The notes below the pieces were generated by a model. The model saw nothing but the letters and a program-made list of their open reading frames with translations. It searched no databases and was not told the DNA's origin. The position numbers and the translations under genes are program-made. 64,000 nucleotides of DNA. Origin: a virus. Where the stretch lies: the IMG/VR virus record IMGVR_UViG_3300006310_000773; one strand, written 5' to 3'. Shown in pieces: positions 9,880 to 18,986 of the stretch; within the stretch, counting starts at the first letter, position 1; each line of letters begins with the position of its first letter.

Positions 9880-10428
9880 CTAAACGGCTTCAGCCCTTGT
9901 AACTTCAAGAATCCTATCAATTTGTGCCTGTAATTTACCCGTCCTATTAGGCCAATATATATACTCTTTGCTTGGGTTTTTCATAAGATTTTTCAAAAGT
10001 GGAATAATCATTTTTTCCATTTTTTCCATCCTATCTTTTAATTGTCTATCAATTTCTACTTTTCTCTCTTCTACTTCATCTATAACTGCTCGAATACTAG
10101 AACCTTGTTCCGTAACTGCAGATACTAATTCTTGTGATTGCATTGTGAGAATCTTGTCTACTTTTTCTTCAACTCGATCCCATTGATCTGAATTTAAATT
10201 CCAATCATCGCCACCACTATCTTTATCTACTAGTGATCCCAATGCATCTATTTTTTTAATAATAGATTTTACATCATCTGTTAAATCTTTACTAACCGCG
10301 GTTGCAGCCTGAGTAGAAATTTCTTTTGTTCTTTCTTCAGCGGAAGCTTGAGTTCCTTCAACCTCTTCTGCTCCACTAAAACTAAATCCAAAATCAAAAT
10401 CATCATCCCATACTTCTTCTTCTGCCAT
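9880..10428 (-). CDS. Hypothetical acidic coiled-coil phage protein
   Basis: Long ORF in the operon; DDFDFGF N-terminus and KNPSKEYIYWPNR C-terminus. Confidence 0.55.
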   Translation of the reverse strand: MAEEEVWDDDFDFGFSFSGAEEVEGTQASAEERTKEISTQAATAVSKDLTDDVKSIIKKIDALGSLVDKDSGGDDWNLNSDQWDRVEEKVDKILTMQSQELVSAVTEQGSSIRAVIDEVEERKVEIDRQLKDRMEKMEKMIIPLLKNLMKNPSKEYIYWPNRTGKLQAQIDRILEVTRAEAV

Positions 10429-11624
10429 TATTTGAATCCTATCGCTTTAAGTTGTTTAATTGTATTTGCTGCACTGGTATGATGTATTCCTATTCCTCCC
10501 GCTTTTCTAAATTCTGCAATATTTTGTTCATGATCATCAATCAGAATATTGGGTCTTCTATCTCTACCATCTTTAGCAAATTGTTTTTTATCACGTCTTG
10601 AAACTGCTCTCATACTATTTTTTTCAACATTAAAATGTTTTAGCATCCATTTTGTCTTATCAGCTCCCGCCCTATCAGCGATTTTTCCCCTTTTATGTGT
10701 TGGTATTGCTGTAAGCATAAAGGGATTGAGTTTACCAATAAAATTCCAAAGTCGTTTCGCATCTTTCATTGGTGGTAATTTATAGAAAAAATCGTCTGGT
10801 AATTCCTCCCAACGCTCATCTTTAAACTTTCCACCAATCATTTCCTTAACTCCCGCATCAAAATCCGCTACAACTCCATCCATATCACAATAAATTTGAG
10901 GATTATCAAATTCATCTAATTCAAAATATTCTTTAAAAGTTTGAGATTTTTTTAATTTCTTTTCCCTTTCAATCCATTTTTTAGCTTTATAATTTTCTAC
11001 AGGTTTCTGTATTATTTTTTTTAATATTTTATAAACACTTCTAAATGGATCACGTGCTTCAGTTTCAGTATTATTATCAACAATTATAAATTTATCAGCA
11101 CCAAAATATTCTTGAAATTTTCCTATATTTGACTGAACATTTTCCCAACTCTTTTTTACTATGTCATCTCTTAATTTTCTAGGTCTTCGACTATTTCTTT
11201 TTAAAGCGACATCTAATGATGTATTAACAAATATCATCATTGTATCATAACCCAACCCCCGCAATCCTTCTGATGCTGATTGAAGTCTGTCAAATTTATG
11301 GCCTGTGCCATCTACAATTAAACCTAATCTTCCGTCCATCCATTGTTTCATTCTCATTTTTGTAAGGGATTTTGCCTTATCTCTAATCACTTGAGATTTC
11401 TCGAAATCCTTTTCTGTATATTTCGTGAAGTCTGTTCCCAATCCAGAAGATGTTAATTTTAATTCATATATTTCATCTGAATTCACAATCTTCATTCCTA
11501 GTCCAGCTGTTGAATGACCGGCAACCCACGACTTTCCAGAACCAGGACCTCCTGCCATGAAAACTGCTTTAAAAATTGAAGGATCATACATTCCTTCAAT
11601 TAAGAATTCATTAAATTGCTTCAT
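10428..11624 (-). CDS. P-loop kinase (zeta-toxin/AAA_33-like) fused to HAD 5'(3')-nucleotidase-like domain; likely start MKQFNEFLIE at 11624
   Basis: Walker A MAGGPGSGKS, IVDGTG and lid ALKRN..R in the N-terminal half; HAD motifs IYCDMDGVVADF and ILIDD in the C-terminal half. Confidence 0.8.
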   Translation of the reverse strand: MKQFNEFLIEGMYDPSIFKAVFMAGGPGSGKSWVAGHSTAGLGMKIVNSDEIYELKLTSSGLGTDFTKYTEKDFEKSQVIRDKAKSLTKMRMKQWMDGRLGLIVDGTGHKFDRLQSASEGLRGLGYDTMMIFVNTSLDVALKRNSRRPRKLRDDIVKKSWENVQSNIGKFQEYFGADKFIIVDNNTETEARDPFRSVYKILKKIIQKPVENYKAKKWIEREKKLKKSQTFKEYFELDEFDNPQIYCDMDGVVADFDAGVKEMIGGKFKDERWEELPDDFFYKLPPMKDAKRLWNFIGKLNPFMLTAIPTHKRGKIADRAGADKTKWMLKHFNVEKNSMRAVSRRDKKQFAKDGRDRRPNILIDDHEQNIAEFRKAGGIGIHHTSAANTIKQLKAIGFK

Positions 11625-12219
11625 TCGGCTTTCCTTCAAAGATTGTAAGCCATTGTTCACCATGTAATTTATTATAATACATGCTTGTTTCTAATTTTTC
11701 TTCCATAACAAAAGATTCCTCTTTCATTTTTAATAGAAACTTTTTATCTCTGTGTGAGCCTTTATGTAATTTTGAGAATAAATCTTGAAATTGGTTTCCT
11801 CTATTATCAACAGAAATACTTTTGCCCCCATGATTAAAATTTGCATGAACTTTACCATGAGAATTTCCTGGAGAAGTATTTGTTCCTAAAAGTGAAAAAT
11901 CATCTTTCTCTTTGTGGATTACTGAATGTTGATCATATTTTTTTCCTAAACCCATCATGTGTTTTCTTTCAATATTAGGAATAAGAAGAGATTTTTCTTT
12001 AACAAATCCTCCCTCTTCTTTATAACCACCTCTCATTTCAATATATCCATGTCCAAGTTTTCGAACATGATTTTTTAAATCAGAAAAGCGTTTTTCATTC
12101 TCTTCAGGTGAATGTTCCTGCCTATGTGGTGATATTAAACCAAACTTAGGAGTTTTATTCACATGATGCATAACTCTCGATAAACTAGATTCTACTAAAT
12201 GATTCTTAAATGTTTTCAT
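11611..12219 (-). CDS. Hypothetical phage protein, putative internal head protein
   Basis: Starts MKTFKNHLVE (capsid-targeting-like); basic and His-rich. Confidence 0.55.
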   Translation of the reverse strand: MKTFKNHLVESSLSRVMHHVNKTPKFGLISPHRQEHSPEENEKRFSDLKNHVRKLGHGYIEMRGGYKEEGGFVKEKSLLIPNIERKHMMGLGKKYDQHSVIHKEKDDFSLLGTNTSPGNSHGKVHANFNHGGKSISVDNRGNQFQDLFSKLHKGSHRDKKFLLKMKEESFVMEEKLETSMYYNKLHGEQWLTIFEGKPNEAI

Positions 12220-12256
12220 TTATATATCCTTATTAAATTTTATTTCAGTTACATAT

Positions 12257-12286
12257 ATCATACCACGAAACTAGGAAAATTGTCAA
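12257..12286 (-). promoter_or_regulatory. Sigma70-type promoter TTGACA-N18-TATGAT
   Basis: Perfect -35 and near-consensus -10 in the intergenic gap upstream of 12219. Confidence 0.6.
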
Positions 12287-12300
12287 GTTTTAAATATTTA

Positions 12301-12981
12301 TTAATTCCCACCATTCCTACATTGTATTGTTCCTTGACACGCCAAATGTTTCATTCCTTCCAACAAGAACAGCATTTCATCAATAAATGCATCAAGCCCT
12401 CTTATTAGGTACGGATAGATAAATTCTCCAACCGGCCCTCGTAATAAGAATACTAAAACTGCTCCCACCATTCCCCAAAGGAAACTCATGTATGACCACT
12501 TGAGAAATTTGTATTTACTGAGAGCAAGAACTTTTCCTTGTCCGTATATGTCTCCCGCAAGTGCATCATATACGATATCATCTGTCATCAATTTTTCTGC
12601 GTAATCTTCTTTATATTCTTCAATATCTATATGAGCAAAATGACCAAAAAATAAAGGATTAAAATGCGGAGATGATCTGTCTATATCTCCATGTCTGTCT
12701 TTTGGATAATCCGTCTTTGGTATAATAGCAAATATCGCAAACAATAATGAGAAGAAACTGCCCGTTGCAAATGTTAGTAGAGGCCATTTCATCACCTCAT
12801 TGTCCAGGTTTGCTATCGTTATAGAAAATACAATAGATGCAACAGTAATCATTATATTAGCTTTTGCATCTGCCATCAACCCCAATCTCATTTGATTACC
12901 GTGATTGAGGCGGAGAATATTATCTACTGCAGTACGATCTTCAGGTACTTTTGAAAATTGATTAATTTCTTCTTTTTCCAC
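12301..12981 (-). CDS. Pycsar effector-like (DUF5706/PycTM) transmembrane protein
   Basis: MADAKANIMI + TM1, TM2 ending AIIP, NPLFFGHF, then IYGQGKVLALSKYKFLKWSY + TM3, matching the DUF5706 pattern. Confidence 0.8.
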   Translation of the reverse strand: MEKEEINQFSKVPEDRTAVDNILRLNHGNQMRLGLMADAKANIMITVASIVFSITIANLDNEVMKWPLLTFATGSFFSLLFAIFAIIPKTDYPKDRHGDIDRSSPHFNPLFFGHFAHIDIEEYKEDYAEKLMTDDIVYDALAGDIYGQGKVLALSKYKFLKWSYMSFLWGMVGAVLVFLLRGPVGEFIYPYLIRGLDAFIDEMLFLLEGMKHLACQGTIQCRNGGN

Positions 12982-12990
12982 ATCATGCCC

Positions 12991-14106
12991 CTATTTCAAT
13001 GGTGGGGCATATAATAATCCTCCATGATTGTATAATTTATTCAGACCACGTTCTAATCCTATAGGTGTATCCGGCCCCACATTACGTTCATATATTTCTT
13101 TGTAATTTCCAATCAATTTAATAACGTTATATGACCAAGATGCCTCTAGTCCAAGTTTAGCTCCAAGATGGGGATGATCTTTTCCATTTTTTTCACCCAT
13201 AAATCTTTGAATGTTTGGGTCTATGTGATTCTTGAACAAGTCAATGTTCTTTGAATTAATGCCCATCTCTTCTGCAATAAACAAAACATATACTGTCCAT
13301 CGAACTATGTCTGTCCATTTCTGATCTCCATACTTGACAACTGGCCCCAATGGTTCCTTTGAGATAATCTCTGGAAGTATCATGTGACGGGCAGGGTCAT
13401 CAAAACTTAATCTATTCGATGCAAGACCAGACCTATCCGTACCATACATATCACAGTCACCCCTTTTGTATACGTTCTTTGTTTTTTCGTTAGGGGGTAC
13501 TGCGACAGGGATATAGTTTATTCCATGTAACTCAAAAAAGTCTGCAATGTTCTTTGCAGCTGTTCCACTACCACTAAAACATATCCTTGCACCTTCCATC
13601 TGTTTTGCAGAAGATACTCCAAGAGTTTTTCTTACAATGAATCCTTGACCATCGTAATAGGTTGTAGGTAGGAATTCTAGTTTCTTTGCAACATTCCTTG
13701 TATAAGTAAATGTGGTTGCAGCAGAAAGAATATCTATAGAACCATCTATTAAGAATTCAAATCGGGTCTTACCATTGACTATAGTAAATTCGATTGCATC
13801 TGCATCACCGAATATTGCAGCTGCAACTGCACGACATATATCAACATCAAAACCTTCCCACCTATCACCATCTTCATTATTCCATATTTCCTGAGAGAAG
13901 CCGGGAAACTCATCATTGGTTCCACAAATGACATATCCTCTTTTCTTCACTCGTTCAAATGTTGAATTATACGTTGGAACATATTCTGATTTTGGTGCAC
14001 CAACTCCAAGTTTTTCTTTCATTGGATCTTGGCCCTCAGCAGGAGACAATGCCATCATCCAAAATACCCAAATTAAAGATACAACAAGTTTACCTACCAT
14101 TATCAT
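12991..14106 (-). CDS. aapJ: General L-amino acid ABC transporter substrate-binding protein (AapJ/BztA-like)
   Basis: Signal peptide; motifs GFDVDICRAVAAAIFGD, YYDGQGF, LPEIISKEPLGP, GNYKEIYERNVG and GGLLYAPP. Confidence 0.92.
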   Translation of the reverse strand: MIMVGKLVVSLIWVFWMMALSPAEGQDPMKEKLGVGAPKSEYVPTYNSTFERVKKRGYVICGTNDEFPGFSQEIWNNEDGDRWEGFDVDICRAVAAAIFGDADAIEFTIVNGKTRFEFLIDGSIDILSAATTFTYTRNVAKKLEFLPTTYYDGQGFIVRKTLGVSSAKQMEGARICFSGSGTAAKNIADFFELHGINYIPVAVPPNEKTKNVYKRGDCDMYGTDRSGLASNRLSFDDPARHMILPEIISKEPLGPVVKYGDQKWTDIVRWTVYVLFIAEEMGINSKNIDLFKNHIDPNIQRFMGEKNGKDHPHLGAKLGLEASWSYNVIKLIGNYKEIYERNVGPDTPIGLERGLNKLYNHGGLLYAPPLK

Positions 14107-14573
14107 TGCAATGCCCGATATACTTCTAACAATTCTTCATCTGCGATCGGGGCGGTCATAGTATAATATCTCTGGTGGCCAACCGACATGAATGCTTTAA
14201 TGTCAGAAAAACTTGGATATTTCATTAAGAGATTATGAAGAAGATAATCTGGACTCAAGTGGCACGATGCACATTGATTATCCTTTGCAAATACTCTGGT
14301 TGATTTCTTGAATCGTTCAGATTGAACTAATACAGAGTTGAGATCCTTTTCCATCCATGTAACTTTTTCTTCTATATCTGGAATAACCAAAAAGGTTAAG
14401 TATATAAGAAGTGCAATAATAACATAGATAAATGATTTACTCGCAACTATTTGGTCTTTAGCAGAAAGTTCCATTTGTTGAACTTCATCTACTTTTTTAT
14501 CTATTTCTTCAATATCATGTTGTAGTATTTTTTGATCTTTTCCATTTGCAACAATTTTTTCTTTTTCAGCCAT
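14103..14573 (-). CDS. Single-pass membrane protein with c-type heme motif CASCH
   Basis: Internal TM (FIYVIIALLIYLTFLVI), coiled coil, CxxCH, and distal His/Met residues. Confidence 0.55.
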   Translation of the reverse strand: MAEKEKIVANGKDQKILQHDIEEIDKKVDEVQQMELSAKDQIVASKSFIYVIIALLIYLTFLVIPDIEEKVTWMEKDLNSVLVQSERFKKSTRVFAKDNQCASCHLSPDYLLHNLLMKYPSFSDIKAFMSVGHQRYYTMTAPIADEELLEVYRALQ

Positions 14574-14580
14574 AATTACC

Positions 14581-14925
14581 TCACTTCTTTCCTGCTTCGT
14601 TTAACTTCTTGGTGATTTGCTGTTGAAACCATTTGAGAACAATCGGTATGCTCACATTAGATGTCAATCCAAAAAGATAACCGATGGGATAACGATAACT
14701 TTCATAGGCCGCAAGTTGTGGAACATTTGTAAATACAATAGAAATCAACAAATATCCAGTTGCTGACATTCCCATATTGATAACTAAATCAAGTAAAATC
14801 AACCATCCATGACCGTTATACTTATCCTTATTATCCTGTCTGTAATTAAACAGAAATATCCAAAATGATGAAAATAATACCAATCCAAGCATCATCATTT
14901 CAGAAGTGTTAAATAAATCAATCAT
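14581..14925 (-). CDS. Small 3-TM membrane protein, holin-like
   Basis: Three hydrophobic segments in 114 aa and a basic C-terminal tail. Confidence 0.45.
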   Translation of the reverse strand: MIDLFNTSEMMMLGLVLFSSFWIFLFNYRQDNKDKYNGHGWLILLDLVINMGMSATGYLLISIVFTNVPQLAAYESYRYPIGYLFGLTSNVSIPIVLKWFQQQITKKLNEAGKK

Positions 14926-14937
14926 ATTATGTTACCT

Positions 14938-15108
14938 TTATTTTCCTTCAATTCTATTAAAAAATTCTATAGATTTTATAAGTTGTTCAATCTGATCTGT
15001 ATGTGACAGCGATTGATATATAAGTAATCCAAATGTGAATAGAACTATAAACCATAAACATGTGAATGATATTAACACAAGTTTAGATATTAATTCTTCT
15101 TCTTTCAT
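14938..15108 (-). CDS. Small membrane protein (56 aa)
   Basis: Translated by hand (MKEEELISKLVLISFTCLWFIVLFTFGLLIYQS...); ATGA overlap with the upstream ORF stop; below the ORF-track size cutoff. Confidence 0.55.
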   Translation of the reverse strand: MKEEELISKLVLISFTCLWFIVLFTFGLLIYQSLSHTDQIEQLIKSIEFFNRIEGK

Positions 15109-15365
15109 TTATCTTCCAATTGATAATTAAATGCTTTTGTATCCTTTGATGCTGGTTTTGCCATTGGTCTAAGCCAAACATAAATTACCATACTGCTCGT
15201 TGGTGATGGAAATTTAAAGGTTGGTTTACCCTTCCTCATACCAATATCATCAGTTGCATTAACTGGATGTCTTGCGAGTTTGCGTTTCTTGATTTCATCA
15301 CTAACATACTTGTCAAGTTTTCTGTCTAAACGCGTTTCTTTGAGATATTCTTTAAAATTTATCAT
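15105..15365 (-). CDS. Hypothetical basic protein, putative internal head protein
   Basis: Starts MINFKEYLKE. Confidence 0.55.
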   Translation of the reverse strand: MINFKEYLKETRLDRKLDKYVSDEIKKRKLARHPVNATDDIGMRKGKPTFKFPSPTSSMVIYVWLRPMAKPASKDTKAFNYQLEDK

Positions 15366-15766
15366 TTATTCTTCTTATCCTTTATCAACTTTAATAAATC
15401 TGTAGTTGATCCAACATACAAATTATTATTAACTGATGCTGGTCCTGTTGGTGCTTTGTTTGTTAATTCTTTTTTAACTTTTTGAAGATTTACCAATTTT
15501 TCATTAGTTTCTCCAAGATTTTTAATCAGTTGTGAAGCAACTTCAAAATGTCTTGCATGCTCTGTCGATTTTGCTATTTCTAATAATTCATCTAATGCGT
15601 CATGTCCCTTTTCCATTAAATTATAATAATTTTCTCTTGAATATCTATAATCAGTTTTAAAATCCTCATCATCTGAATCTACTGTTAATCTTTTTTCTGT
15701 CTTTTCTGGAAGAGTTGTTATTGGGTCTTCAACCAAAACTTCTTGAACTAAATCTTTTATGTCCAT
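15362..15766 (-). CDS. gp16: Terminase small subunit (gp16-like)
   Basis: Motifs DYRYSRENYYNL, ARHFEVASQLIK and NNNLYVGSTTDLLK; follows gp15. Confidence 0.88.
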   Translation of the reverse strand: MDIKDLVQEVLVEDPITTLPEKTEKRLTVDSDDEDFKTDYRYSRENYYNLMEKGHDALDELLEIAKSTEHARHFEVASQLIKNLGETNEKLVNLQKVKKELTNKAPTGPASVNNNLYVGSTTDLLKLIKDKKNK

Positions 15767-16662
15767 GATACATCGTCTCCATCAAGTGTTAAACTAAACC
15801 CAAAATCATCATCCGCTGCCGCATCTTCTGGTTTGGGTTTTATTCCAAGAGTTGCGGTTGTTTGTGTTGATGTATTTCCTAATAAATTTACGTCTGCAGA
15901 TTCTAAATAAAGTGATTCAGAATCTTCAGTTATTACGCTATTAATTGTAAATGCTGTACTACTTTCCAAAAGAAATCTATCTAAAGTACCAATATCCGCA
16001 TCCGCGTTTCCAGATACATTCTCAGGAACTATTATCTGAAGAGATATTTCCTTAATTGGTTTTCCACTAGTCGATAATTCTGGATACAGAAACGTTTTCA
16101 TTGTAAATTGCATATCCCATGATAAAGATCTTCTAGTTTCAAAATCTCCGTCATACGCATCTGTATAGTTAACAGAATTTAATATAATAGGACAATCGAC
16201 CGCAATATCCATTAAAGGTACAGTTTTAATAGTTACTGTAAATTCTGGTGTAAAATTTGGTAAAATCTGTTCAACAATTTGTGCAGCATCTTCTGCATTT
16301 TTTGCTAAAATAGCCAAATCAAAAATAAAATTATAAGGAACAGGATTATATTGTGTTCTTAATGTTCCAGATATAGAAGAAGAATTCTTACCAACAGTAT
16401 TCAATTTTCTTGTTCCATCATACATTATCTGACTCATCATAAACCCAATTCTAGGTAAAATTATTGCTGGAGTTCCTGCAAGAGCGGGATTTGCAATTCT
16501 AACCATAAATTTTTGTTTTGGTCCATAAGCAACAGGAATTTTTAAAGTTTCTACTACAACTCCGGATGAATTTACCCTTTTAACTGAAATATCATTAAAT
16601 AATGAACCAAAAGCAACAACCATTTTTCTGATTGTTTGATGATATGTCGATGTTCCAAACAT
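15757..16662 (-). CDS. gp15: Tail sheath stabilizer/terminator (gp15-like)
   Basis: Motifs FGSLFNDI, IPVAYGPKQKF, LPRIGF, PVPYN and QIVEQILPNFTP. Confidence 0.92.
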   Translation of the reverse strand: MFGTSTYHQTIRKMVVAFGSLFNDISVKRVNSSGVVVETLKIPVAYGPKQKFMVRIANPALAGTPAIILPRIGFMMSQIMYDGTRKLNTVGKNSSSISGTLRTQYNPVPYNFIFDLAILAKNAEDAAQIVEQILPNFTPEFTVTIKTVPLMDIAVDCPIILNSVNYTDAYDGDFETRRSLSWDMQFTMKTFLYPELSTSGKPIKEISLQIIVPENVSGNADADIGTLDRFLLESSTAFTINSVITEDSESLYLESADVNLLGNTSTQTTATLGIKPKPEDAAADDDFGFSLTLDGDDVSWT

Positions 16663-17507
16663 TATATGTTACCTTCAGAAAATGGATCTCTATCAGTGAA
16701 ATCAAATATTGAATCACTTTCAGTTTGAATACCTAAATTATTCGCCAGTGGATCTGTTAGAATTACCAGATCATCTGGCACTGCTGTCATAGACCAAGAT
16801 GCGGTACTTGCTACACCCACAACATCATATGCTGTAGTAATAGTACCAACAATATTTCCAACTCTCAAAGTCTTTGTAGTAGGAGCCCAAGAAAGAACTT
16901 TCATCGTAGCGTCTCCATTGCTACAATCTTCTCCTATCGTAAAAGTTCCTTCTCCTGAAGTAAATACCAAGTCCATCGAGTATCCATAATCTGTTTCAAT
17001 ATCGTCGATTGCCGCAATACCAGTATCCATATCCTCATGACTGTACTCAAACGTTTCACAAGTGAGAGTATATATTGGAAGATTCCCCAACTGATAAAAT
17101 ACTTTTTCATGTTCAACAAATCTAACTTCAAATAATTTATCATTTAATGGAAAATATATTAAATCTCCTTCATATGGTCTATCAAGTCTTCCTGGTATTT
17201 CTTCATCTTTCCACCGTCTTTGAGAAACATCTAAAATTACTTGATCTCGTATTTCAAGCCCAAATTGTCCTACCATATCACCTTCACCACTAAATCCATC
17301 AGTTGAATCAATATACATTTCTATTATATGTGCAGCTGAAAATTTAGAAGCGACATCTTCACTATACAAATTATCTACTGCAACTGATGTTCTAGGCAGA
17401 TAACTTATATCTATTCCATGTATTTTAATCGATTCTTCTACCAAATCGTTTAGTAAATTTTGTTCTGGTTGAAAATCAACATTTTGAAAATATGTAGATA
17501 CTGGCAT
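16662..17507 (-). CDS. gp14: Neck protein (gp14-like)
   Basis: Motifs ESIKIHGIDISYLPR, RPYEGDLIYFPL, FYQLG and DPF at the C-terminus. Confidence 0.92.
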   Translation of the reverse strand: MPVSTYFQNVDFQPEQNLLNDLVEESIKIHGIDISYLPRTSVAVDNLYSEDVASKFSAAHIIEMYIDSTDGFSGEGDMVGQFGLEIRDQVILDVSQRRWKDEEIPGRLDRPYEGDLIYFPLNDKLFEVRFVEHEKVFYQLGNLPIYTLTCETFEYSHEDMDTGIAAIDDIETDYGYSMDLVFTSGEGTFTIGEDCSNGDATMKVLSWAPTTKTLRVGNIVGTITTAYDVVGVASTASWSMTAVPDDLVILTDPLANNLGIQTESDSIFDFTDRDPFSEGNI

Positions 17508-17510
17508 TTA

Positions 17511-18257
17511 TTATCCTACTGCAAAGTCGACTGGGAATTGATATTTTCCTTCTAAATCTTGTAACAATATTTCTATATTTGATTTAGCTTCATCTAAAAT
17601 TCTACCACCATCTAAAGTGGTTCCTCCAGGTAATTGTGTACCTTGATATTTAATTAAATTGTTTCCCCATTGTTTTCTAAACAATTCTGTAGTGTATTGT
17701 TTTAACCACATATCATTAAAAACATCCGTATGTGTAGTTGGATCAACGATTTGTACACATTCAGCAACGAGATAATCCCCCACATTAAATTCCTTAGACC
17801 AATCAACATCAACATATAATCTATCCTGATGCCTAGAAAATCTCATTCCTGGTTTCCCACTAAATACTTCTTGAAGTACTCCTAAATGTTGTTGTACTTG
17901 ATAGTATGATACTATTGAAGTTTTGGTTAAATCATAAATATCATTTAAATATAATTGATATCTAACATCAAACATGTTCTTTGTTGATCCACTATCCAAG
18001 GGAAAAACGGCTATAACACCAATAGTTGCCTCTAATAATGTAACGTATGAGTTATCAATATCATCTTGTGTTATTTCGTGTTTTAAAAATGTTTTAATTG
18101 TGGCATCTCCATGAAATTCTTGATACATTTGAAGACCTTCTTCCAATCTATCTTCCAGTTGATCCTCTTCAACATTGATCTGAATAACTGGTTTCCCTAA
18201 TGCCCTTAAACAATATTCTCTTAATTCTGTTCTTGACGCTGGTTGTGTAGCTGACAT
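17511..18257 (-). CDS. gp13: Neck protein (gp13-like)
   Basis: Motifs LRALGKPVIQINV, WLKQY...QWGNNLIKY and LPGGTTLDG. Confidence 0.93.
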   Translation of the reverse strand: MSATQPASRTELREYCLRALGKPVIQINVEEDQLEDRLEEGLQMYQEFHGDATIKTFLKHEITQDDIDNSYVTLLEATIGVIAVFPLDSGSTKNMFDVRYQLYLNDIYDLTKTSIVSYYQVQQHLGVLQEVFSGKPGMRFSRHQDRLYVDVDWSKEFNVGDYLVAECVQIVDPTTHTDVFNDMWLKQYTTELFRKQWGNNLIKYQGTQLPGGTTLDGGRILDEAKSNIEILLQDLEGKYQFPVDFAVG

Positions 18258-18295
18258 AATGTTCCTATAACGGCGTTAATATATGTTATATTAAC

Positions 18296-18303
18296 TATTT
18301 AGT
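18296..18303 (-). promoter_or_regulatory. Late promoter-like motif (ACTAAATA) upstream of gp13
   Basis: TAAATA core in the short divergent intergenic gap. Confidence 0.45.
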
Positions 18304-18314
18304 AAGGTAAGTTT

Positions 18315-18986
18315 ATGGAAATTTTGATTACTGGACACAATGGTTTCATTGGTTCTAATCTCTACAATTATCTTAATTCATATCATAATATTTATGGAAT
18401 TGACTACCCAAATGACATATTAAATACTGAGTTACCTAAAGTTGATTGTGTAATACATTTGGCGGGATCAACAGGCGTCAGAGAAAGTCACAAAAATCCT
18501 AAAAAATATTTAGATAATAATATAAAAATAACTAAAAGAATATTTGATCATTATAAAGATACAAAAATTCTATTTGCATCCACCTCTTCTGTAAAAGAAT
18601 TACAAAGTCCATATGCAATATCAAAATATGCATGTGAACTTATTGCTCCCAAAAACGTTGTTATTATGAGGTTTTTTACTGTTTGGGGAGATTATAATTA
18701 TAGAAAAAATATGTTATATGGACTAGCCATAGAAGGTAAATTAGACTATATTACTGAACATAAAAGAGATTTTACTCATGTATATGAAGTTTGTAGAGCC
18801 ATTAAAATACTAATAGATAAAGGAGTTGGTGGAGAACTTTATGAAATTGGTCACGGAAAACCAATATCCCCCCTTGACTTTTTGAAAAAGATAGGGTATA
18901 ATAAGGTGTTACCGTTTAGGAAAGTTGAAGGTGAATCTAATATAACTTGTGCAGATCCAACTAAAATGGAAGAATTGGGATGGTAA
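18315..18986 (+). CDS. NAD-dependent epimerase/dehydratase (extended SDR)
   Basis: ILITGHNGFIGS, HLAG, ASTSSV, catalytic YAISK and RDFTHV. Confidence 0.85.
   Translation: MEILITGHNGFIGSNLYNYLNSYHNIYGIDYPNDILNTELPKVDCVIHLAGSTGVRESHKNPKKYLDNNIKITKRIFDHYKDTKILFASTSSVKELQSPYAISKYACELIAPKNVVIMRFFTVWGDYNYRKNMLYGLAIEGKLDYITEHKRDFTHVYEVCRAIKILIDKGVGGELYEIGHGKPISPLDFLKKIGYNKVLPFRKVEGESNITCADPTKMEELGW
18874..18902 (+). promoter_or_regulatory. Sigma70-type promoter TTGACT-N17-TATAAT inside the epimerase gene
   Basis: Near-perfect consensus with 17 bp spacer, ~78 bp upstream of the methyltransferase start. Confidence 0.55.
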
